Source: an uncultured Lachnospiraceae bacterium (lineage in GTDB: Bacteria > Bacillota > Clostridia > Lachnospirales > Lachnospiraceae). From it: a stretch of 64,000 nucleotides of DNA. Position 1 is the first letter of the stretch, and every line of letters starts with the position of its first letter. This document shows, piece after piece, positions 56,705 through 64,000 of this stretch. The stretch lies in NCBI GenBank assembly GCA_902778165.1, contig CACYWQ010000009.1:13781-77780 (forward strand), read 5' to 3'. A model generated the notes under the pieces. That model saw nothing but the letters and a program-made list of their open reading frames with translations. It did no database searches and was not told the origin of the DNA. A program made the translations under genes and the position numbers.

Positions 56705-57571
56705 ATGGCACTCGATATCAATGTAAACAATAATATCAATGTTAATAGTAATATCGCAGCCGCTAAGGCTCCTAACGTAAGTGATAGTAAAGCCAAGGGA
56801 GTTACGGATGCGGTCGCCGATGCGGCCAAGAAAGCCGTAGAGGCGATGGGCGATGTAACTGCATCGCCTGCTAAGAAGGAGATTGAGATCTCAGATGAGA
56901 AGGCTGCCATAAGCGAGACGTCCGAACAGGGTGATGAACTTAAGGTCACCAAGGAAGGTGCGGATTCTGCCAAGGCAGGCGCAACGGTGATCAATAACAA
57001 TGAGGACGGATTGGTTGCCAAGCAGAACGAAGCAAGCATCGAAGCCAATGAGGATGCCATGGAATCCATGAGAGCTCAGATTCAGGAGACTAAGGAGAAC
57101 CAGGCAAGAGCCATGGAGCAGATGAAAGAGACTGCACAGGCCAATGCGGAGCGTGCCAAGGAACGTAATGAACTTCGTGATGCAAGTAATGAAGACGCCC
57201 AGGCCAGGAAGGACCTTATCATAGAGGAGGCCACAGGCAAGGGCAATTCGGTTGTTGAGACAGCCAAAGAACAGGTGGATAATCTTACCGGTCTTACTGA
57301 AGCACAGGTTGAGAAGTTATACAGAGACGGAAGAATATCCAGATATGAATATCAGCAGAATATGGAAGCAAGGGAGGCTGTTGACAAACAGGCCGATGAG
57401 GCTGCCAAGGAGAATTCACAGGTAGTGAAGGAGACTTTGGCCGGTGAAGCGGTAGCTGCGGCAAGTGAGGCACTGGTAACAGCCGTTGATAACGGTAACC
57501 AGGCTGTTATGGAGGCGGCACTGGGAATCGGCAAGGAACAGGATCCGGTGGTGCAGGCCATTACCCGTTAA
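56705..57571 (+). CDS. Ala/Glu/Lys-rich predicted coiled-coil protein, unknown function
   Basis: GGAGGT RBS. N-terminal Asn-rich NVNNNINVNSN. No signal peptide or TM helix. Low-complexity helical composition. Confidence 0.55.
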   Translation: MALDINVNNNINVNSNIAAAKAPNVSDSKAKGVTDAVADAAKKAVEAMGDVTASPAKKEIEISDEKAAISETSEQGDELKVTKEGADSAKAGATVINNNEDGLVAKQNEASIEANEDAMESMRAQIQETKENQARAMEQMKETAQANAERAKERNELRDASNEDAQARKDLIIEEATGKGNSVVETAKEQVDNLTGLTEAQVEKLYRDGRISRYEYQQNMEAREAVDKQADEAAKENSQVVKETLAGEAVAAASEALVTAVDNGNQAVMEAALGIGKEQDPVVQAITR

Positions 57572-57585
57572 ACGACAGACAATCG

Positions 57586-57640
57586 AAAATAACTACCCTA
57601 TGTAGTATTAAATACTATATGGAGTAGTTATTTTGTCTTT
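57586..57640 (+). terminator. rho-independent terminator
   Basis: Outer stem AAAATAACTAC / GTAGTTATTTT with an inner palindrome TAGTATTAAATACTA, then a T-rich tail. Confidence 0.6.
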
Positions 57641-57644
57641 ATTG

Positions 57645-57673
57645 TTTACAAACATGCAATATATATGTATAAT
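57645..57673 (+). promoter_or_regulatory. promoter candidate for degV
   Basis: TTTACA, 17-nt spacer, TATAAT. Confidence 0.5.
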
Positions 57674-57724
57674 GTCAGAGTGACTGTTTGAAAATGACGT
57701 AAATACGAAGTTTTGGAGGATATG

Positions 57725-58597
57725 ATGTTCAAGATTGTAACAGATAACGGCGCGGATCTGCCGGAGAGTTTCCTTAAAGATAAGAATGTAGGGTGCATGT
57801 ACTTAAGCACCATATTAGACGGGGAAGTTATCAACGGCAAGAATAAGCAGTTGCCTGCTCCGGAGTTTTATAAGATGTTAAGTGAAGGTGCCAAGCCTTC
57901 AACATCTCAGATTAACCCTGAGGATGCCAAGGAATATTTCGAAGAGCACATTAATGATGCGGATGAGTTCTTATATATTGGACTCTCATCGGGATTATCC
58001 GGAACAGTAGGCAGTGTCAAAATCGGCGCTACTGAGATAAATGAGAAGTATCCGAATAAGAAGATAGAAGTGGTTGACAGCCTGACCGGTTCCCTCGGAA
58101 CGGGATTACTTGTATGGTATGCCGTTAAGATGCGTGATGAGGGTAAGAGCTTTACCGAGACGGTTAGTTGGTGTCGTGAGAATGCTAAGCATATCCTTCT
58201 TGCCATTACGGTTGATAATCTGTTTGACCTTTGGAGAGGCGGAAGAGTCAGCAAGAGCAGTGCCGTACTCGGTACACTTGCTTCGGTTAAGCCTTTCATT
58301 ATTGTTGATAATGAAGGTAAGCTTCAGGTGACCAAGAAACTTCGAGGACGTAAGAAGTCCCTTGCATACCTTGTTGAATATCTTAAGGACAACGAGGGCT
58401 CACGTGCATCCGAGAATGAGGATAACGTGATAATGATCTGTCACGGTAATGTTCCTGAGGATGCTGAATATGTTGAGAGTCTTGTTAAGGAGCAGGGTTA
58501 TAACAACGTACTTATAAGCAACGCCGGCCCGATGATAGGAACTCACACAGGCGCAAGTCTTGTGATCATAGCCTTCCTTGGGGATGAGAGAAAATAA
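57725..58597 (+). CDS. DegV family fatty-acid-binding protein
   Basis: The MFKIVTDNGADLP N-terminus and length are typical of DegV. GGAGGA RBS. Confidence 0.88.
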   Translation: MFKIVTDNGADLPESFLKDKNVGCMYLSTILDGEVINGKNKQLPAPEFYKMLSEGAKPSTSQINPEDAKEYFEEHINDADEFLYIGLSSGLSGTVGSVKIGATEINEKYPNKKIEVVDSLTGSLGTGLLVWYAVKMRDEGKSFTETVSWCRENAKHILLAITVDNLFDLWRGGRVSKSSAVLGTLASVKPFIIVDNEGKLQVTKKLRGRKKSLAYLVEYLKDNEGSRASENEDNVIMICHGNVPEDAEYVESLVKEQGYNNVLISNAGPMIGTHTGASLVIIAFLGDERK

Positions 58598-58624
58598 AGC
58601 TTGCCGCGTGGTCGGAAGTTTGGC

Positions 58625-58653
58625 TTGACAATTCATAAGAATATGTGTAACAT
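58625..58653 (+). promoter_or_regulatory. promoter candidate for tRNA-Arg
   Basis: TTGACA, 17-nt spacer, TAACAT, about 30 nt upstream of the tRNA 5' end. Confidence 0.45.
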
Positions 58654-58682
58654 AAGTTCGTTGCCATAAAAGGCATATAAAT

Positions 58683-58756
58683 GTGCGTTTAGCTCAGCTG
58701 GATAGAGCGTTTGGCTACGGACCAAAAGGTCGGGGGTTCGAATCCTCTAACGCACG
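58683..58756 (+). tRNA. tRNA-Arg (anticodon ACG), CCA not encoded
   Basis: Hand-folded cloverleaf. Acceptor GTGCGTT/AACGCAC, D arm GCTC..GAGC, anticodon stem TTTGG/CCAAA with loop CTACGGA, T arm GGGGG-TTCGAAT-CCTCT. Confidence 0.9.
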
Positions 58757-58758
58757 TT

Positions 58759-58795
58759 AAAAGACGGGATATCCCAACGGGATGTCCCGTCTTTT
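58759..58795 (+). terminator. rho-independent terminator
   Basis: Stem AAAGACGGGATATCCC / GGGATGTCCCGTCTTT. Confidence 0.75.
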
Positions 58796-58948
58796 ACGTG
58801 TGCTATAGTCGCTATAGTCGCGCGAGTCACGTATTCTTCCCTTTTTAGAACCTATATGGTATCATAGTAGTGTTGTGAATCTGAATGATAATCTGCACAG
58901 GAACATACGGCTGAATACCTGATTGCCGGGTTCCGGAACGGAGAGGAA

Positions 58949-59110
58949 ATGTACGAGATTATATATACCATCAAGAATCCGAATGAGAGCGAGGAACGTA
59001 AGCATACGGATTATTATGATGATGACACAAATATCAATGCGGTTAAGCAATCGCTTAAGGAGCGCGGCGCCAAGAATATTAAGGTATCAACTGTGTCGGA
59101 ACGAAGATGA
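58949..59110 (+). CDS. candidate 53-aa small protein
   Basis: GGAGAGG RBS. Peptide MYEIIYTIKNPNESEERKHTDYYDDDTNINAVKQSLKERGAKNIKVSTVSERR. The stop lies 22 nt before the next gene. Absent from the ORF track because it is under 60 aa. Confidence 0.4.
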   Translation: MYEIIYTIKNPNESEERKHTDYYDDDTNINAVKQSLKERGAKNIKVSTVSERR

Positions 59111-59132
59111 TCGGATAGGGAGAAACACATCG

Positions 59133-60215
59133 ATGAGTGATAATAAGAGCAATTCTTCTTTCAAAGAATTCTTAATTCGTAAGAACATTATATTCTCAGC
59201 CAAGAAGTATTTCATAGATGCCATGAGTGCTATGGCAAACGGCTTGTTTGCATCGCTTTTGATCGGTACGATCATAAGCACTTTGGGTCAAAGACTCGGT
59301 GTTGAGATACTTGTTGAGATAGGTAATTATGCCAAAGGTGTAGCGGGTCCTGCCATGGCAGTATCTATAGCATATGCACTTCAGGCCCCTCCGCTTGTTA
59401 TGTTCAGTATGCTTGCGGTGGGCGCGGCAGCCAATACCCTTGGAGGAGCAGGCGGCCCTCTGGCAGTATTCTTTATAGCGATAATATCTTCTGAACTTGG
59501 TAAGCTTGTTTCCAAAGAGACGAAGGTAGATATACTTGTAACACCGCTTGTAACCATTTGTTCCGGTGCGCTTCTGTCTATGGCATGTGCGCCTTATATC
59601 GGACAGGCAGCCAGCCTATTCGGCAAACTCATTATGTGGGCAACGGAACTCCATCCTTTCATTATGGGAATAATCGTATCGGTTATTGTGGGCGTGGTAC
59701 TTACGCTCCCCATCAGTTCTGCGGCAATCTGCGCGGCTTTAGGCCTTACGGGTCTTGCAGGCGGTGCGGCAGTAGCCGGATGTTCGGCACAGATGATAGG
59801 CTTCGCTGTTATGAGCTATAGGGAGAATAAGGTCGGCGGTCTTGTATCCCAGGGACTTGGAACCAGTATGCTTCAGATGGGCAATATTGTTAAAAATCCG
59901 AGAATCTGGATTCCGCCTACACTCGCAGCTGCTATTACAGGCCCCATAGCGACCTGTGTATTCGGACTTAAGATGAACGGAGAAGCCATTGCTTCCGGCA
60001 TGGGTACATGTGGACTGGTAGGTCAGATAGGTGTATATTCCGGATGGCTTAATGATATAGCGGAAGGCAGCAAGGCAGCAATTACAGCATTTGACTGGGT
60101 CGGACTCATACTTATAAGTTTCGTTCTTCCCGCAATTCTGTCATGGGTATTCTGTCTTATACTTCGTAAGATGGGCTGGATTAAGGAAAACGACCTTAAA
60201 CTTGAGAACATATAA
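59133..60215 (+). CDS. PTS_EIIC_2-type (PF13303-like) polytopic membrane protein
   Basis: AGGGAGA RBS before the ATG at 59133 (MSDNKSNSS). Gly/Ala-rich TM helices, GGAGGPLAVFFIAIISSELGK. The upstream 70 codons of the track ORF are Arg-rich and non-protein-like. Confidence 0.6.
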   Translation: MSDNKSNSSFKEFLIRKNIIFSAKKYFIDAMSAMANGLFASLLIGTIISTLGQRLGVEILVEIGNYAKGVAGPAMAVSIAYALQAPPLVMFSMLAVGAAANTLGGAGGPLAVFFIAIISSELGKLVSKETKVDILVTPLVTICSGALLSMACAPYIGQAASLFGKLIMWATELHPFIMGIIVSVIVGVVLTLPISSAAICAALGLTGLAGGAAVAGCSAQMIGFAVMSYRENKVGGLVSQGLGTSMLQMGNIVKNPRIWIPPTLAAAITGPIATCVFGLKMNGEAIASGMGTCGLVGQIGVYSGWLNDIAEGSKAAITAFDWVGLILISFVLPAILSWVFCLILRKMGWIKENDLKLENI

Positions 60216-60260
60216 TCACTATAAGGGAAAGTATTACGGTTTAACCGTACAACAAAGATT

Positions 60261-62054
60261 ATGGACGATAAGAAAATCACAGACAAAAACATTCATAAGA
60301 ATCCTGAACATTCGGGACATAGTGTAAGTTCGGAGCACGGCGCACGTCCTAAGCGCCCGGGACATCCTGAACATCCTGAACATAAGCAGGGAACAGGACA
60401 TCCTGAGCGTACTATGAAGAAGGGTGTTAAGAGACGCCCCGAGCATCCGACACAGGGACATAATCCCGAGCACCGCGCACATAGTCCGGAACACCAGGCG
60501 CATAGTTCGGAGCATCCGGTACATGGACATGGTCCCGAGCACCAGGTACATGGCCCTGAGCATCCGGCAGGCAAGCCTTCTGTAATTGACAGAATTAAGC
60601 GTATATGCAGGATGTTGTGGAGAGAGTACAGATTTGAGACAATCGCTGTCGGCGTACTTGTAGTAGCTGTAGCAGTTGCGGTTCCTCTGATTGTTCATAC
60701 CGTAAGAGGTAACAGAGTGGTGACACCTCAGGCTGCCAATCCCGAAGAGTTTGGCGATGTATTCGCAGGCGGAGACGGTAAGTCTTATACCAATGAAGAC
60801 GGTGTTAGAGTAAGAGTTGATGAGGCCACTGGTGAAGAGGTAGAAGATCCTACGGTGCTTGCCGAAGTTAAGGGGGGCGTCGGTGATGGATATCTTAATA
60901 ACTGTATATTCTTGGGTGATTCAAGATATGTCGGACTGGTAAGTTATGCAGTAATATCCGATGAAGATGTGCTTGCGCAGGTAGGTATTGCACATCCTTC
61001 AGTAGAGAATTTTACATTCACTCAGAATTCAGGCAAGCAGTATACACTTAAGTCATATCTTACGACTCATGCCAAGAAGGTTATATACATAGGCTACGGT
61101 GTCAACGGAATGAAGGGCGCCGATGAAGCTACTTATGAGAAACAGTATAAGACATTAGTAGAGCACATTATGGAGATGGCTCCGGATTCCAAGATCGTTC
61201 TTATGTCCATATGGCCCGTTGATGATAACGGTACATACAAGGGCTCCGTTAAGAACGAATGGATAGAGAAGTATAATGAGTTCCTTGTAACTCTTGCCGA
61301 GTATGAGGGAATCTATTATTTGGATGTTGCATCCGTGCTTAAGGATAAGAACGGAAGCATTAACAGCCACTATGACGGCGGTGACGGCTTGCATTATAAT
61401 GCCAAAGGTTACGAGGCTATCAGAAGTTACATATTAAGCCATCCTGTCCCGGGAATTCCGACGGACGGCTCATATACGGTTCATTATGTTCCGCCCACAG
61501 GTCAGTTTAAGGATATGGTTAAGGATAAGGTGAATGTTCCGACGCCGGCCGTAACAGAAGAGGTTCAGCCGGAGTCATCAGAAGAACCGACGCCGACACC
61601 GACACCAACGCCTGTACCGGAGAAGCAGAGCGAAACACATACACACAGTTATACAGCAAAGACTGAGGTTATAAGAGAAGCAACAACATCTGAGACTGGA
61701 TTACAAAGAAAGTACTGTTCATGCGGCGAATATATAGAAGAGACTATACCGAAAAAGGATTCGCCGGCTCCGACAACAGAACCAGCTGTGACGCCTGCAA
61801 TTACTCCTAGTGGTGGCAACTCTGGCAGTGGCAGTGGCGAGTCCGGTGGTAGCAGTGGTGAATCTGGCGGAGAATCAGGCGGCAGTAGTGAGTCCGGCGG
61901 AAGCGGTGAGTCCGGTGGTGAATCCGGCGGAAGCGGTGAATCCGGTGGCGAATCAGGTGGTGAGACTGGCGGAGAAAGCGGTGGCGAATCCGGCGGAAGC
62001 GGCGGTGGCAGCGAAGGCGGAGGCAACGCTACACCCGATGGAGCAGGTGAATAG
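60261..62054 (+). CDS. membrane-anchored SGNH/GDSL hydrolase with a His-rich N-terminal repeat and a Gly/Ser/Glu-rich C-terminal repeat
   Basis: Block I CIFLGDSRY, block III GYGVNG, block V DGLHYN. TM helix IAVGVLVVAVAVAVPLIV. Eight PEH and two SEH triplets lie upstream of the TM. PTPTPTP linker and an ESGG tail. Confidence 0.75.
   Translation: MDDKKITDKNIHKNPEHSGHSVSSEHGARPKRPGHPEHPEHKQGTGHPERTMKKGVKRRPEHPTQGHNPEHRAHSPEHQAHSSEHPVHGHGPEHQVHGPEHPAGKPSVIDRIKRICRMLWREYRFETIAVGVLVVAVAVAVPLIVHTVRGNRVVTPQAANPEEFGDVFAGGDGKSYTNEDGVRVRVDEATGEEVEDPTVLAEVKGGVGDGYLNNCIFLGDSRYVGLVSYAVISDEDVLAQVGIAHPSVENFTFTQNSGKQYTLKSYLTTHAKKVIYIGYGVNGMKGADEATYEKQYKTLVEHIMEMAPDSKIVLMSIWPVDDNGTYKGSVKNEWIEKYNEFLVTLAEYEGIYYLDVASVLKDKNGSINSHYDGGDGLHYNAKGYEAIRSYILSHPVPGIPTDGSYTVHYVPPTGQFKDMVKDKVNVPTPAVTEEVQPESSEEPTPTPTPTPVPEKQSETHTHSYTAKTEVIREATTSETGLQRKYCSCGEYIEETIPKKDSPAPTTEPAVTPAITPSGGNSGSGSGESGGSSGESGGESGGSSESGGSGESGGESGGSGESGGESGGETGGESGGESGGSGGGSEGGGNATPDGAGE
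60290..60575 (+). repeat. imperfect coding tandem repeats (CCNGARCAY units) encoding PEH/SEH
   Basis: Read directly from the sequence. They also generate long shadow ORFs on the minus strand. Confidence 0.7.
61807..62030 (+). repeat. coding tandem repeat of about 12 nt (GARTCCGGYGGN) encoding (E-S-G-G)n
   Basis: About ten ESGG units. Shadow ORFs appear in other frames and on the other strand. Confidence 0.75.
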
Positions 62055-62082
62055 AGAATTATTGCATAATATATAACACAAT

Positions 62083-62118
62083 GGACGGAATTCGGTCATA
62101 ACGGACTCCGTCCTTTGT
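62083..62118 (+). terminator. rho-independent terminator candidate
   Basis: Stem GGACGGA / TCCGTCC followed by TTTGTG. Confidence 0.45.
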
Positions 62119-62208
62119 GCAGAAGACTGCTTATTACAGCGAATGATCAGGTAAGGTTAATTGAGAGATAAGTATAGTAAGAGGGAAGTAAGAAGGAAAG
62201 GTCACGGC

Positions 62209-64000
62209 GTGATCAAAGTTGTATTGTCACTGACGCTTGTGGCAATACTTGCGGTTATTGTGTTAGGTGCCGTATATCTGACAGATCCCAGACACAAACT
62301 CATAGGTAAGTGGACAAATGACATTGATGTCACTTCTGAAGTAAGAGAGCATGCATCGGCTTGGATCAAAGCCGCGGCAATGGGAGGAGAAGTGGATACC
62401 ACAGAGTACATTAAGGATGTACGTATTCCTGAAGTACTCACATTTACATCTGACGGCAATTATACCAAGACCGTAGATGAGGCTGCATATTCACAGTGTC
62501 GTGACACGGCATATGAGCAGATGGCAGCGGCATTTACGGAGCTAATAAGAATAAGATTCGAAGCGGCAGGTAAGCAAGTATCAGATACGGATATAGAGGC
62601 TCTGATGCAGAACGTTACGGGAATGACGGTTAAGGATTATCTGACACAGTACGGTCCCGATATCATGCCCCCGCTAAGCGACCTTGAAGCCAAATATAAC
62701 AGAAGCGGAATATACATGGCCGACAGGCAGACCGTGCTGCTTGATAATGAACTGTTAATGGAATATATGGTAAGCAGAAGGATGCTTGCCCTTGATGCCG
62801 GAGCGGATTCCGGAGATGATGCAACACAAGATACTGAAGACTTAACCGATAATGTGTTATCCGGCGGAATGATGTACACAAGAGTGGGAAGTCTGGCTAA
62901 GGTGTCTTATACTTCCGTATTTGCGCCGATAGATGCAATACACGATCTTAATCACGTATCGGCGGCCAATGCCAGGAATCGAATTCTTGAGAATCTTCCG
63001 GTATATGTATCCGGAGCAAAGAGCGGCAAGGTTAAGACCATTCATTATGATTATCTTAATAACAGATTCGTATCATTAAGAGATCTGGCACTTGTTCTTA
63101 AAGGAACTTCGGCAGAGTATTCGGTAAGCATATCATCATCAGAGATTAACATAGTTACAGGCGCTTCTTACTCACCTGTAGGTGGTGAAGATATATTATT
63201 TGACGTAAGAGATGATGATCGATCTGATAACGAGGCATCAGAAGCCGACGCGGCCGATGCAGATGAACCCGAAGGAACTGATCAGGATGGTGAATCGACA
63301 GCTTCCGACGTAAGTTTAACTGATGCCACGGACAGTTCGCCAGAAGGGGATGATGACTCAAGATATATATACGAAACAAGTTCCCTTAAGTTTAACAAGA
63401 TTACCGTAGACGGGAAGGAAGTTAAATACTGTACTTTAACGGGTACTAACGGCGCGGGTAAAAGCGATGCATTTATAAGTATTACCGATATCGCGATGAT
63501 CCTTGATGTGGATATGGCGGTAGAAGAAGACGGACTTCATATAGATACGGATAAGCTGTTTAAGGCGGATGTTACGGAACTTAAGAATGCGGGCTTCTAT
63601 ACTGAAGTCAGAAGTGCACTTGTGGGTGATGCAACAACAGGCGAGGTATATGCGTCGTATTGTGATGATGTGGCGGTATCTATTGCCAGTACCACTAAGC
63701 TTATGAATCTTCTGTGCGTGATGGATGCGCTTGCAAGCGGTGAGATAAGCATGGATGACAGAGTGGTCACTTCTCTTAAAGCGGAACTGCTTAGCAAAAC
63801 GGGCGACGGTGTCGTACCCATGAATGAGGGAGACAGCCTCACGGTAGAGGAATTAATATACGGAATGATGCTGCCTTCAAGTAATGAATGTGCGCTTATG
63901 CTTGCCGAGCACATAGCGGGAAGCGAAGAGGCATATGTGGAGAGGATGAATAATAAGGCAGTCGATATGGGACTGTCCGATAAGGTAAGATTCTATAATT
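62209..64000 (+). CDS. membrane-anchored protein ending in an S11 D-alanyl-D-alanine carboxypeptidase domain, 3' end cut by window edge
   Basis: My own translation; the ORF is absent from the track because it has no stop in the window. GAAGGAAAGG RBS plus GTG at 62209 (alternative TTG at 62161). TM helix VVLSLTLVAILAVIVLGAV. SxxK motif SIASTTKLM and SxN motif LPSSNECA near the end. Confidence 0.8.
   Translation, partial: MIKVVLSLTLVAILAVIVLGAVYLTDPRHKLIGKWTNDIDVTSEVREHASAWIKAAAMGGEVDTTEYIKDVRIPEVLTFTSDGNYTKTVDEAAYSQCRDTAYEQMAAAFTELIRIRFEAAGKQVSDTDIEALMQNVTGMTVKDYLTQYGPDIMPPLSDLEAKYNRSGIYMADRQTVLLDNELLMEYMVSRRMLALDAGADSGDDATQDTEDLTDNVLSGGMMYTRVGSLAKVSYTSVFAPIDAIHDLNHVSAANARNRILENLPVYVSGAKSGKVKTIHYDYLNNRFVSLRDLALVLKGTSAEYSVSISSSEINIVTGASYSPVGGEDILFDVRDDDRSDNEASEADAADADEPEGTDQDGESTASDVSLTDATDSSPEGDDDSRYIYETSSLKFNKITVDGKEVKYCTLTGTNGAGKSDAFISITDIAMILDVDMAVEEDGLHIDTDKLFKADVTELKNAGFYTEVRSALVGDATTGEVYASYCDDVAVSIASTTKLMNLLCVMDALASGEISMDDRVVTSLKAELLSKTGDGVVPMNEGDSLTVEELIYGMMLPSSNECALMLAEHIAGSEEAYVERMNNKAVDMGLSDKVRFYN

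Noticed and set aside
58923-59132. The upstream 70 codons of the track ORF for the EIIC-like protein.
   Set aside because: They are Arg-rich and non-protein-like, and they overlap the better-signalled 53-codon ORF in another frame. The ATG at 59133 has an RBS and starts the hydrophobic protein.
60234-60698. Minus-strand ORFs (154 and 93 aa) with repetitive MLR/CSG sequence.
   Set aside because: They are mirror images of the PEH coding repeat. They are open only because the repeat lacks stops in several frames.
61649-62076. Minus-strand PPDSPP-repeat ORF (125 aa) and a + strand alternative-frame ORF (88 aa). A CRISPR-like appearance of the tandem repeat was also considered.
   Set aside because: They are shadow frames of the (ESGG)n coding repeat. 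The units are about 12 nt and contiguous with no spacers, so this is not a CRISPR array.
58796-62100. An integrated element downstream of tRNA-Arg.
   Set aside because: I saw no integrase, recombinase or phage-like genes and no duplicated tRNA 3' segment. The downstream genes look like ordinary envelope and transport functions.

Overview
This looks like a chromosomal, mostly core-metabolic region of an anaerobic Firmicute. The gene content resembles Clostridia such as Lachnospiraceae or Butyrivibrio, but that placement is inference only.

I count about 56 CDS, roughly 90% on the + strand with no switch in strand bias, and one tRNA-Arg(ACG). I saw no rRNA, CRISPR array, transposase, integrase or phage genes.

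Main blocks, in order:
- malQ, cut by the window edge
- a chimeric lipoprotein
- a Na+/solute symporter
- an ECF sigma/anti-sigma pair, two small membrane proteins and a MacB-type ABC exporter with an HlyD adaptor
- a disrupted mannitol-dehydrogenase-family (uxuB/uxaB-like) gene
- Nudix hydrolase
- iorAB-paaK-ACT (arylpyruvate to arylacetate)
- hslO, coupled to a nuclease-like/P-loop ORF
- trxB, an SDR, an NlpC/P60 hydrolase and hpf
- the complete butyryl-CoA operon thl-crt-hbd-bcd-etfBA
- uxuA-GH115-esterase-acyltransferase (glucuronoxylan side chains)
- nnr, a hybrid histidine kinase and mtnA
- LacI-malQ-GDE (alpha-glucan metabolism)
- deoB-cdd-pdp-deoC, DegV and tRNA-Arg
- a PTS_EIIC_2-type membrane protein, a repeat-flanked SGNH hydrolase and a 3'-open D,D-carboxypeptidase gene that the ORF track omits

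No recognisable known defence system or mobile element is present. The most unusual signals are:
- a cluster of DnaA boxes plus an AT-rich tract upstream of hpf, far from any dnaA
- a single-polypeptide PD-(D/E)xK-like + DUF2075/SF1-like P-loop ORF translationally coupled to hslO
- the ECF-controlled YknWXYZ-like module
- an internal deletion and frameshift in the uxuB-like gene
- a His-rich PEH-repeat / ESGG-repeat SGNH protein
- a roughly 96-bp palindromic intergenic element
- two well-signalled small ORFs that the track does not list

All functional calls rest on motif recognition by eye. No database search was run.
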